64,000 nt of DNA from Bacteroidota bacterium (lineage in GTDB: Bacteria; Bacteroidota; Bacteroidia; UKL13-3), in assembly GCA_040387195.1 (NCBI GenBank), contig JAZKEF010000011.1, forward strand, positions 172,077 to 236,076, given 5' to 3'. The notes below the pieces were generated by a model. It was not told where the DNA came from. It did not search any database and saw nothing but the letters and a program-made list of their open reading frames with translations. Position 1 is the first letter of the stretch, and each line of letters opens with the position of its first letter. Shown one piece after another: positions 10,029 to 18,131 of this stretch. The position numbers were made by a program, and so were the translations under genes.

Positions 10029-10436
10029 ATGATGGTAACCGAAACAAAAATACGTGTGCGTTATGGTGAAACCGACAAGATGGGAGTGGTATACCATGGC
10101 AATTACGCTTTGTATTTTGAAGAGTCGCGTACCGATGCCTTGCGTAAAATTGATATCACGTATAAAAGTCTGGAAGATGAAGGCGTGATGATGCCTGTGG
10201 TAAGCCTGAGTACAGACTTTAAACGCCCCGCAAAATATGATGACCTGTTAACCATTCGCACCATCATGCGCACATTGCCAACGGCAAAAATCATGTTGGA
10301 ATATGAAGTGCTTAACGAAACAAATGAACTACTGGCAACCGGCAGCTCCACACTTGTATTTGTGGATATGAAAACCAACCGCCCAACCCGGTGCCCTGAA
10401 CATTTATACCAAAAATTTAGCACCTATTTTAAGTGA
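10029..10436 (+). CDS. Acyl-CoA thioesterase, YbgC/4HBT hotdog fold.
   Basis: RVRYGETDKMGVVYHGNYALYFEESRTDALR is the hotdog thioesterase signature. Length 135 aa. Starts 3 nt after lhgO. Confidence 0.8.
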   Translation: MMVTETKIRVRYGETDKMGVVYHGNYALYFEESRTDALRKIDITYKSLEDEGVMMPVVSLSTDFKRPAKYDDLLTIRTIMRTLPTAKIMLEYEVLNETNELLATGSSTLVFVDMKTNRPTRCPEHLYQKFSTYFK

Positions 10437-11458
10437 ACAGAGGGAGGGAGATAGCAACGAAAGTATGGGAATTCAACCTCACAGGTTGGTTTTTACGCAG
10501 TCGTTTTGCCAAAGGATTTCTGGGATTTTTACAACGAAAACAATTTCCCGGGTATAGAGAAATTTCATGGTATTCGGTGTTTGAATTTTTTATTCGCTGG
10601 GTGGATAAGAAAGATCTGCACCTCAGAAGTTCTGCCTTATCATTTACCTTTTTCCTATCCTTGTTTCCTACGGCAATATTCTTTTTTACCTTAATTGCAT
10701 ATCTGCCACTCAAAAAATCGCCAGAAGAAATTTTATTTTTCCTACAGGGTATCATTCCCAATAATGCCTTTAAAATCATCAAGTCAACATTGATTGATAT
10801 TCTGAAACATCAGCGAGGAGGCTTGTTATCAGTGGGTTTTGTGCTGGCTATTTATTTTAGTACCAATGGTTTTCATTCGCTCATGAATACCCTTAACCGC
10901 TATGGTAAGGAAAAGGAAACACGAAGTTTTTGGAAGCAACGGATGGTGGCTATTATTCTTTCTGTATTGGTTTCTATTGGAATTTTGCTTTCTGTGTTTT
11001 TGGTTACCGGAGGCAACTGGCTTATTCACTGGTTGGATAAGATGAAGTATTTTCCGAGCAAAATTACACCATCCTTATTATTCACCCTAAATAACGGTAT
11101 TGTAGTATTAATCATACTCACTTTTATTTCATGCATTTATTATTTCGCGCCAAGCAAACATGGAAAATGGAGGTTTTTTACTCCTGGGTCACTTTTCGCC
11201 TGTGCGGTTACATTGCTCACAACGTATCTTTTCTCAATGTATGTAAACTCGTTTAATGCCTACAATAAAGTATATGGTTCCATTGGGGCCCTTATTGTAA
11301 TCATGCTGCTCATTTATATCAATACGTATATTCTGTTGCTGGGCTATGAGTTGAATGTTGTGATTGAAAAAGCCGTTTCTGAAATTAGGAAAGGAAAGGT
11401 GATTAAGCGAAACAACGTTATTTACCTTAAGAATAAAGCGGAACAACCTGATTCCTGA
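10433..11458 (+). CDS. YihY/BrkB (virulence factor BrkB / RNase BN-like) family inner-membrane protein.
   Basis: LRSSALSFTFFLSLFP motif and 6 predicted TM helices. The start is GTG, overlapping the thioesterase stop by 4 nt. Confidence 0.75.
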   Translation: MNRGREIATKVWEFNLTGWFLRSRFAKGFLGFLQRKQFPGYREISWYSVFEFFIRWVDKKDLHLRSSALSFTFFLSLFPTAIFFFTLIAYLPLKKSPEEILFFLQGIIPNNAFKIIKSTLIDILKHQRGGLLSVGFVLAIYFSTNGFHSLMNTLNRYGKEKETRSFWKQRMVAIILSVLVSIGILLSVFLVTGGNWLIHWLDKMKYFPSKITPSLLFTLNNGIVVLIILTFISCIYYFAPSKHGKWRFFTPGSLFACAVTLLTTYLFSMYVNSFNAYNKVYGSIGALIVIMLLIYINTYILLLGYELNVVIEKAVSEIRKGKVIKRNNVIYLKNKAEQPDS

Positions 11459-11461
11459 CCA

Positions 11462-11908
11462 TTATTCTACTTTGGTCCACACCTCTGTACGGCCGATCAT
11501 TGAAATACCCACGTAGCCGCGCACTTCCATTGTATGCATATTGGTCATTGATAGTTTGCAACTGTACGTTTTTCCATTGTTGGGGTCATATACTGTTCCT
11601 TTTTCCCAAAGGTTCTCAAGATTATTGTATTCGAAACTTTTGAGCAGCAATAATCCCATTACATGTTTGCTACGTTGTTGCTCATCACGGTTGTTAATGT
11701 CGGTTTTAGGTCTTCCATCTGCATCATTCGGGTTTTTGAGCCAAGATATTTTTCCATAATAGTAATTGCCGGTTTTAAAAATGCTGATACGGGCCTCCTT
11801 GTTACTTGTTTCCCATATTCCCACAATATCGTCTCCGCCAATATGTGGAGCGGCAATTGCAAGCATACTCATCATGAGTATGATGACCATCATTTTTGTT
11901 GCGTGCAT
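11462..11908 (-). CDS. DUF2147 secreted protein.
   Basis: Signal peptide. GIWETSNKEARISIFKTGNYYYGKISWLKNP...GTVYDPNNGKTYSCKLSM...MEVRGYVGISMIGRTEVWTKV matches the DUF2147 consensus. Confidence 0.8.
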   Translation of the reverse strand: MHATKMMVIILMMSMLAIAAPHIGGDDIVGIWETSNKEARISIFKTGNYYYGKISWLKNPNDADGRPKTDINNRDEQQRSKHVMGLLLLKSFEYNNLENLWEKGTVYDPNNGKTYSCKLSMTNMHTMEVRGYVGISMIGRTEVWTKVE

Positions 11909-11943
11909 AGGTTTTGTAGTTTTGTATGTGAAAATAAAACAAA

Positions 11944-12849
11944 TTGCGGTTAAAATCTTTATTCATTATAAAACAATACAACATGAAAGTTAGAGTAGGG
12001 GGTGTTCCTGAACATTTTAATTTAGCTTGGCACCTTGCCATTGAGCAGCAGCATTTTGCAAACCAGGGAATCACAATTGACTGGAAAGATGTTCCTGGAG
12101 GTACCGGAGCCATGTGTAAGGCGTTGCGCAACAATGAGCTTGATATTGCCATTGCCCTTACAGAGGGTGTAGTGAGTGATATCATGAATGGGAACCCTAG
12201 CAACATCGTGCAGTTTTATGTGAACTCCCCGTTGTGTTGGGGAATCTATGTAAAGGGTGATTCTCTCATCAACTCAATTGATGAAATGCCCGGTAAAAAA
12301 TATGCCATCAGCCGCTTTAACTCAGGGTCTCACCTCATGGCTTATGTAAATGCAAGTAACCATCAGTTTAATGTGAAGGAAGAAGATTTTGTGGTGGTAG
12401 GAAATCTGGAGGGTGCCCGTGAAGCACTTAAAACCGGAGCGGCTGAATTGTTTATGTGGGAAAAATTTACCACAAAACCATATGCAGATAGTGGAGAATT
12501 TAGGCTAATCGGGGAGTGTCGAACACCATGGCCTTGTTTTGTGATTGTTGCCCGCAACGAATTTATTGAACATCATGAGGCAGAATTGACCAAAATATTA
12601 AGCATCATCAACCTGTCATGTTTGGTGCTTAAAAACAATAGTGCAGCACCGGAGTTGATTGCCAGGCGATATGGAATAAAACTTGAAGATGCGATGCTTT
12701 GGTTTAAAGAACTCGAATATGCCTGTCAGCCTGAAATGGATGCAACAGGGTTGCATAACATACTGCTGGCCCTTCAAAAGTTCAAGATTATCAGTCGTAT
12801 TCCGGAACTCACCGAAATCTGCTATGAAAAAAATGTAGAATTAATTTAA
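11944..12849 (+). CDS. Cytoplasmic protein with a periplasmic-binding-protein type 2 fold, NMT1/THI5/SsuA-like (Ca3427-like) substrate-binding domain.
   Basis: N-terminus KVRVGGVPEHFNLAWHLA, consistent with an NMT1/Ca3427-like SBP-like domain. No signal peptide. Function unknown. Confidence 0.5.
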   Translation: MRLKSLFIIKQYNMKVRVGGVPEHFNLAWHLAIEQQHFANQGITIDWKDVPGGTGAMCKALRNNELDIAIALTEGVVSDIMNGNPSNIVQFYVNSPLCWGIYVKGDSLINSIDEMPGKKYAISRFNSGSHLMAYVNASNHQFNVKEEDFVVVGNLEGAREALKTGAAELFMWEKFTTKPYADSGEFRLIGECRTPWPCFVIVARNEFIEHHEAELTKILSIINLSCLVLKNNSAAPELIARRYGIKLEDAMLWFKELEYACQPEMDATGLHNILLALQKFKIISRIPELTEICYEKNVELI

Positions 12850-12877
12850 CTTTAAAGTACGTTTCAAATCCCCGCAT

Positions 12878-13465
12878 ATGAAAGTGCAAAAAGAAGGTCA
12901 GGGAAAATTGTTTAACCAAGGGTGGTTGGAGTTTTTAACCAAAACCAATCCGGTGGTTCACATCATCACGTATGGGTCTGTTATTGTATTTTGCCTTTTC
13001 TATAATCAACTCCCGTTAACCGAATCTGTTTTGTATAGCATTGCAGGGGCATTTATGTGGACTCTTATTGAGTACCTTATTCACCGTTTTTTGTTTCATA
13101 TTAAGGAAAGTAAGTTTCAATACCTTATTCATGGTGTGCATCATGAATTTCCGCGAGATAAGGAACGATTGATGATGCCACCGTTACCCGGATTAATGCT
13201 GGTGTTGTTTTTTTTCGGATGCTGGTATCTCTTGTTTGCCGATAAGGTATATGCCTTCATGTCGGGATTCGTGTTTTGTTATGTGGTATATACCTTCATA
13301 CATTATATCATACACGCATGGAAACCTATTAAAGGATTTAAATTTCTGTGGACCCATCACCATAAGCACCATAATCCTGCATTTGAAGATACCTGTTACG
13401 GAGTATCAACACCATTATGGGATTATGTGTTTGGCACAATGCCTAAGGAGAAAAAAGCAGGCTGA
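12878..13465 (+). CDS. Fatty acid hydroxylase / sterol desaturase superfamily membrane di-iron enzyme.
   Basis: Three His boxes (HRFLFH, HGVHHEFP, HHHKHHNP) set among 4 TM helices. Confidence 0.7.
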   Translation: MKVQKEGQGKLFNQGWLEFLTKTNPVVHIITYGSVIVFCLFYNQLPLTESVLYSIAGAFMWTLIEYLIHRFLFHIKESKFQYLIHGVHHEFPRDKERLMMPPLPGLMLVLFFFGCWYLLFADKVYAFMSGFVFCYVVYTFIHYIIHAWKPIKGFKFLWTHHHKHHNPAFEDTCYGVSTPLWDYVFGTMPKEKKAG

Positions 13466-14020
13466 TTATGGGTGAATCATTACCGGAACACTCACTTCCG
13501 TTTCATCCCAATGTATCACCATATTCACATTAATGCTGTCAACTTTATCGAACCTGATGGTGAGTTGTTCCATAAAAGGTGCTTGGTTTAATGCAGGAAC
13601 ATTGGTTTTGATTACATCATCTTTGGGATCGGGTTCAGGAACACCCCAGCGATCGAAGTCACTGTTAAATACTATCTGCCAGCTATCTTTTCCGGGATAG
13701 GCATAAACACTATACTTACCTGCTTTCAGGTGCTGATCATTAATCATCAGGTTTTTATTTGTTGAAAACAGGGTGGCTTCATTTGCACCTACACGCCAGT
13801 ATTTACCATACGGTTGTAATGCCCCCGATGCTTCATCACCAAAAATGAGGCGGCCTTTTTTGTAAGGTTGGCAATAGTTAACAGTAATATCAGCTCCGGC
13901 AATATGGTATGCTGCAACTGCTGCCGGACTATGTTTTTTGGTGGCCGAACGCAAGTAGGTAAGTCCTGCAATAATGATGAGTAAACCAATGCCGATTCCG
14001 ATTAATACACGCTGTTTCAT
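13466..14020 (-). CDS. DUF2911 domain secreted protein.
   Basis: N-terminal signal/anchor. ...YWRVGANEATLFSTNKNL...LKAGKYSVYAYPGKDSWQIVFN... resembles DUF2911. Confidence 0.55.
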   Translation of the reverse strand: MKQRVLIGIGIGLLIIIAGLTYLRSATKKHSPAAVAAYHIAGADITVNYCQPYKKGRLIFGDEASGALQPYGKYWRVGANEATLFSTNKNLMINDQHLKAGKYSVYAYPGKDSWQIVFNSDFDRWGVPEPDPKDDVIKTNVPALNQAPFMEQLTIRFDKVDSINVNMVIHWDETEVSVPVMIHP

Positions 14021-14098
14021 AATGCTGTTATTTATACCTACAAATTAGTCTTTCTAAAGCAATTTCAAAATGCGGACTGTTAAAACTTTTAAACATGG

Positions 14099-14635
14099 TT
14101 AGCGTGGTAGTTTCTTTGCTGCTTTGTCGAGCATCTTCAGCACTTTTTTTCCTCGTGCAACAAATGCAGGTCGGTCAAGCAACATCAGTTCATCAATCAG
14201 GCTCTTAAGCTCAAAGGCGAGTTCGGGATATTTAATTGCAATATTACCCATTACATGCATGGCAAATACCCGAATAGCTATAGCTTCGTCTTTACTGCGG
14301 GTTAATACGTAACATCTGTCATATAATACTCCCCAGTATTTTTCGGGAGGCATGATTTCAACCCACAATCGAAGAATATTCCTTTTAACAGCATCATGTA
14401 TTCCCGATTGCTCAAGTGTATCCAGTAATTTGCCATGGTAGGGTTTCACTAAATCGGGGTGAGCAATGCCAATATATGATAAAGGCCATGCTGCACGCTG
14501 GGTAATCCGGTTGTTGTTGCCTAAAAATAAATCCATCAGCTCTTGCATGTGTTGCGGATCATCACCCACATACTGCACAATACGTATTACCTGAGACTTG
14601 CCGTGCTCCCTGAGTATTTCACTGCGTAAATCCAT
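14099..14635 (-). CDS. DNA alkylation repair protein-like HEAT-repeat protein, AlkC/AlkD family, short form.
   Basis: All alpha-helical. ...RITQRAAWPLSYIG...KRNILRLWVEI... resembles PF08713. Confidence 0.45.
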   Translation of the reverse strand: MDLRSEILREHGKSQVIRIVQYVGDDPQHMQELMDLFLGNNNRITQRAAWPLSYIGIAHPDLVKPYHGKLLDTLEQSGIHDAVKRNILRLWVEIMPPEKYWGVLYDRCYVLTRSKDEAIAIRVFAMHVMGNIAIKYPELAFELKSLIDELMLLDRPAFVARGKKVLKMLDKAAKKLPR

Positions 14636-14728
14636 TCAGGGAACGAATATAGGAAGTTTGTTGAAAAGAAACGTCAGCCGGGAAGTGGTTAGTATTCTGC
14701 TAAATCAATACATTCGCATCAAATTTTT

Positions 14729-15991
14729 TTGAATATGAGTCATCAGCATACCATCGATACCCAATCTCTTACCGACCGCTTTTGCCGGTATGTACAAATT
14801 GATACCCAATCCGATCCCGAATCGCCCACACAACCCAGTACAGAAAAACAAAAGGACCTGGCCCGTGTATTGGTTAAGGAATTGCTGGAGCTGGGAATTA
14901 GCGATGCACACCTTGATGAGCATGGATATGTATATGCAACCGTGCCTTCAACTACGGATAAAAAAGTACCAGTAATCTGTTTCTGTTCACATATGGATAC
15001 ATCACCGGATTGCACGGGTGCCAATGTAAAGCCGGTGATTCATAAAAATTATGATGGCGGAAATATTGTATTGCCGGCCGATAACAAGATTGTGTTAAAA
15101 CCGGAAGAACATCCTGATCTTAAAACGCAGCTTGGGAATGATATTATAACGGCTGACGGAACAACACTGTTGGGAGCCGATAACAAATCGGGTGTTGCAG
15201 AAATTATGGAAGCAGTAAGATTTTTAACAACGAATCCCCAGGTAAAACATGGAACCATTCGTATATTATTTACACCCGATGAAGAGATAGGCAGGGGAGT
15301 GGATGCAGTGGATATGAAAAAACTGGCGGCCGATTTCGGGTACACCATGGACGGTGAAACAGCCGGACACCTCGAGGATGAAACCTTTAGTGCCGATGGT
15401 GTGGTTATCAATATTGAAGGTGTTCCGGTACATCCAGGGTTTGCTAAAGATAAAATGGAAAGTGCCCTGAAGATTGCTGCCGAAATTGTGGCAGCTTTAC
15501 CTAAGGATACCTTATCACCGGAAACAACAGAAGGGAAAGAGCCTTTTATGCATCCAACCGGAATGACGGGTAGTTTGGACAAGGCCGAACTAAAGTTTAT
15601 CATCAGGGCATTCGATACCGATACACTGGTTACCATCGAAGATCAATTAAATGGTATAGCCGAAAAGGTGATGAAAGGGTATCCTAACAGCACCTTCACA
15701 TTTAAGGTAATTGAGCAATACCGCAATATGAAACTGATGTTGGATAAACATCCAGAAGTAAGTGCATATGCGCTTGAAGCTATTACTCGTGCCGGGTTGC
15801 AAGCACAGCGTACGAGTATTCGCGGAGGAACAGATGGAAGCCGCTTGTCGTTTATGGGATTGCCGTGCCCTAATATTTTTGCAGGCGAACATGCTTTTCA
15901 CGGTAAGTATGAATGGGCATCGGTGCAGGATATGGCAAAGGCCACAGAAACCATTATTCACCTGTGCGAAATTTGGGAAGAAAAGGCATAA
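14729..15991 (+). CDS. pepT: Peptidase T (tripeptide aminopeptidase, M20B).
   Basis: FCSHMDTSPD, TLLGADNKSGVAEIMEA, RGGTDGSRLSFMGLPCPNIFAGEHAFHGKYE. Colinear with E. coli PepT over the full length. Confidence 0.9.
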   Translation: MNMSHQHTIDTQSLTDRFCRYVQIDTQSDPESPTQPSTEKQKDLARVLVKELLELGISDAHLDEHGYVYATVPSTTDKKVPVICFCSHMDTSPDCTGANVKPVIHKNYDGGNIVLPADNKIVLKPEEHPDLKTQLGNDIITADGTTLLGADNKSGVAEIMEAVRFLTTNPQVKHGTIRILFTPDEEIGRGVDAVDMKKLAADFGYTMDGETAGHLEDETFSADGVVINIEGVPVHPGFAKDKMESALKIAAEIVAALPKDTLSPETTEGKEPFMHPTGMTGSLDKAELKFIIRAFDTDTLVTIEDQLNGIAEKVMKGYPNSTFTFKVIEQYRNMKLMLDKHPEVSAYALEAITRAGLQAQRTSIRGGTDGSRLSFMGLPCPNIFAGEHAFHGKYEWASVQDMAKATETIIHLCEIWEEKA

Positions 15992-16012
15992 TACGCTTGG
16001 TAAATACGCTAC

Positions 16013-16036
16013 CGAAGTGACTACATGACCACTTCG
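16013..16036. terminator. Hairpin between the convergent pepT and fic genes. It overlaps the fic stop codon.
   Basis: cgaagtg-N10-cacttcg forms a 7-bp perfect stem. No strong U-tract on either side. Confidence 0.3.
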
Positions 16037-17130
16037 TAAGAAGTGTTTCGTCCACCACCTTCTGTTTTACGCAGTACTTTTTTATGTACCAGATCCTGGA
16101 TATCACGAAGGGCTGTATCGGGTGATGATTTGGTGAGCTTAGCCCACTTGCTGCTGGTAAGGTTTCCCTCAAATGCATCCAGCAATTTATTGAGCATCTG
16201 TTGCTGACGGTTATTGAATACCGTGGTGGCATGTGTTTCCCAAAATTTGCCCTTTCGCAATACTCCGTCAAGGGTTTGATCAGTGGCCAGGAGTGCATCC
16301 ATCAGGCATTGCATGAACCATTGTAGCCATAATGTAACATTCATTTTTCCTTGCTGGGTGCGTTCCAGCATATCGTAGTATTGATTGCGTTGCAGGCGTA
16401 TTTGTGCGCTCATGCTGTAAAAACGCTGGGTACTTTCATCGGCACGTGCCAAAAGCATATCAGTAAGCGCTCTGGCTATACGGCCATTTCCATCTTCGAA
16501 AGGATGGAGCGTAACAAACCATAAATGCGCCAGCGCAGCTTTAAGTACCAGGTCAACATCGTGGTTGGTATTAAACCACTTTAAGAATGTTGCCATTTCT
16601 TCGTTGAGCATTACTGCCGGAGGTGCTTCAAAATGTACCCGCTCTTTGCCCAACGCACCCGATATTACCTGCATCGGACCGGTTTCATCTTTGCGGTATT
16701 GACCGGTGCGCACGGTAAAGTTACCACTTTTACCCAGTGGAAATAAGTGCTTTTGCCATTCGCACAGGCGTTTTTTGGTGAGCGGTTTGTGGTATTGTTG
16801 TGTTGCATCCAGCATCATTTCAACCACACCATCTACGTTTCTATCCGAACGTACCATACCACCAATGTGAAGGCCAAGTTTACGGGCAAGTGATGATCGT
16901 ACCTGATCTGAATTTAAAAGTTCACCCTCTATCTCGCTGGTTTTCTGAATATCCAGTGTGAGTGTTTTGAGCAATGCTTCTTCACGCAACTTAAATCCCA
17001 TGGCTTGCATTTTACCCAGTATACGGCCTTGTTTATTACGGAGCTTTCCCAGCTCTACCTGTATTTCTTCGTTGCGCCAGGTAAAGTTGGGCCATTTGGG
17101 TTGTTGGTGTATGTATATTATTCTCCGCAT
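16021..17130 (-). CDS. Fic family protein with an N-terminal Fic_N domain carrying an inhibitory helix (class II), and a C-terminal winged-helix-like domain.
   Basis: Fic motif HPFEDGNGRIARAL. Inhibitory motif (S/T)xxxE(G/N) is present as TSEIEGE. Length 369 aa. Confidence 0.85.
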   Translation of the reverse strand: MRRIIYIHQQPKWPNFTWRNEEIQVELGKLRNKQGRILGKMQAMGFKLREEALLKTLTLDIQKTSEIEGELLNSDQVRSSLARKLGLHIGGMVRSDRNVDGVVEMMLDATQQYHKPLTKKRLCEWQKHLFPLGKSGNFTVRTGQYRKDETGPMQVISGALGKERVHFEAPPAVMLNEEMATFLKWFNTNHDVDLVLKAALAHLWFVTLHPFEDGNGRIARALTDMLLARADESTQRFYSMSAQIRLQRNQYYDMLERTQQGKMNVTLWLQWFMQCLMDALLATDQTLDGVLRKGKFWETHATTVFNNRQQQMLNKLLDAFEGNLTSSKWAKLTKSSPDTALRDIQDLVHKKVLRKTEGGGRNTSYEVVM

Positions 17131-17227
17131 ATCCTGCGGTAAATATACTCATATTCTCCGCATAAAAAAATTATTCTCCGCATTTTATGCGGTTAATATT
17201 GTTCGTATTCTCCGCATAAAATTGCGG
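17116..17227 (-). promoter_or_regulatory. Four direct repeats of (T)ATTCTCCGCAT on the + strand, i.e. ATGCGGAGAATA on the fic strand. Three of them lie inside CCGCAT-N3-5-(A)TGCGG palindromes. The proximal copy is the fic start codon plus its first three codons.
   Basis: Copies at about 17116-17130, 17151-17163, 17171-17183 and 17205-17217. Palindromes are ccgcatatcctgcgg, ccgcattttatgcgg and ccgcataaaattgcgg. Upstream copies create mini-ORFs MRRI*, MRRIIFLCGEYEYIYRRICGE* and MRRIRTILTA*. Confidence 0.6.
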
Positions 17228-17284
17228 GAAGCGGGTTGACCAACATGTTGAAATGTCTTATTTTGCACCCAATCAATTCATGTT

Positions 17285-17797
17285 ATGCGTAAAATTATTT
17301 TCTTAAGTATGGTATCTGTGTGGTGTGTTTGTTCGGTAAACGGGCAGGCTCTCAAAGCGTGGGTAGGTGAGTGGAAAGGTACACTCGAGCTGTATAAGCC
17401 CGATGGTTCGATAGACAGAACCGTACCTATGGATTTGCTGATAAAACCTACCGGTGATAGCTTGGCCTTGCAATGGCGTCTTACGTATAATAAGCAGGAT
17501 GTACGTGATTATATCCTTCGCACGGATGATGCAGGGGCCGGTAAATTTACGCTGGACGAAAAAAATGGAATAACCATTGATGTACGCAGGTTTGGCAATA
17601 TGCTTTTTAGCAGCTTTGATGTACAGGATTACCAGATCTCTGATAGTTATGAGATGCGGGGTGTAACCATGATCTTCACACTTACCAGTTCCAGTACCAA
17701 CCTGCATACCAAGAGCGGCAAAGGAACGGAAGAAAGCCCGAATGTAAAATCAATGCCGGTTAATGTGTTTCAACGAGCTATCCTGTTCAGGCAATAA
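17285..17797 (+). CDS. Hypothetical secreted protein, 170 aa.
   Basis: Signal peptide MRKIIFLSMVSVWCVCSVNG. No recognisable motif. Transcribed divergently from fic. Confidence 0.45.
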   Translation: MRKIIFLSMVSVWCVCSVNGQALKAWVGEWKGTLELYKPDGSIDRTVPMDLLIKPTGDSLALQWRLTYNKQDVRDYILRTDDAGAGKFTLDEKNGITIDVRRFGNMLFSSFDVQDYQISDSYEMRGVTMIFTLTSSSTNLHTKSGKGTEESPNVKSMPVNVFQRAILFRQ

Positions 17798-17798
17798 T

Positions 17799-18080
17799 TT
17801 ACCGTAATACATCCCCATACTCCGGAGTTTTATCAAATACACTTTTGGCAAACGGACATAAGGGCAAAATTTTAAGGTGCATTTTCCTTGCAAACAAAAC
17901 CACAGCCTCCAATAGTTTTTTACCCGCACCTTGCCCTTTAAGCTTATCCGATACTTCGGTGTGATCTATGATAAACATGGATTCACCCGCCCAGGTATAG
18001 GTCATTTCGGCTAGGCGTTCACCTTCCAGTTCCATATAAAAAGCTCCCTTTTTGCCGTTATCTTCGTGTTGTATTTCCAT
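17799..18080 (-). CDS. Small GNAT-fold N-acetyltransferase (YjdJ-like, 93 aa).
   Basis: ...SDKLKGQGAGKKLLEAVVLFARKMHLKILPLCPFA... is the acetyl-CoA binding Q/RxxGxG/A motif. Confidence 0.65.
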   Translation of the reverse strand: MEIQHEDNGKKGAFYMELEGERLAEMTYTWAGESMFIIDHTEVSDKLKGQGAGKKLLEAVVLFARKMHLKILPLCPFAKSVFDKTPEYGDVLR

Positions 18081-18131
18081 GAGTTTACTGTGTATTATTC
18101 GTCACAATAATACATTTCAGTTGCACCAATT

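Noticed and set aside
10380-10440. Apparent 1-nt discrepancy between my nucleotide indexing and the ORF-track frame at the thioesterase/yihY junction.
   Set aside because: Most likely my own transcription slip. Track coordinates were used for CDS boundaries, and small-element coordinates elsewhere may carry a +/-1 error.
15049-15636. 195-aa minus-strand ORF inside pepT. Similar antisense or out-of-frame ORFs occur at 3166-3609, 9169-9672, 24281-24682, 37875-38219, 46642-47106, 55225-55632, 60352-60673 and 61987-62430.
   Set aside because: Each lies wholly inside, and antisense or out of frame to, a strongly supported conserved gene. They are low-complexity (Ser/Pro-rich) mirror ORFs with no motifs.
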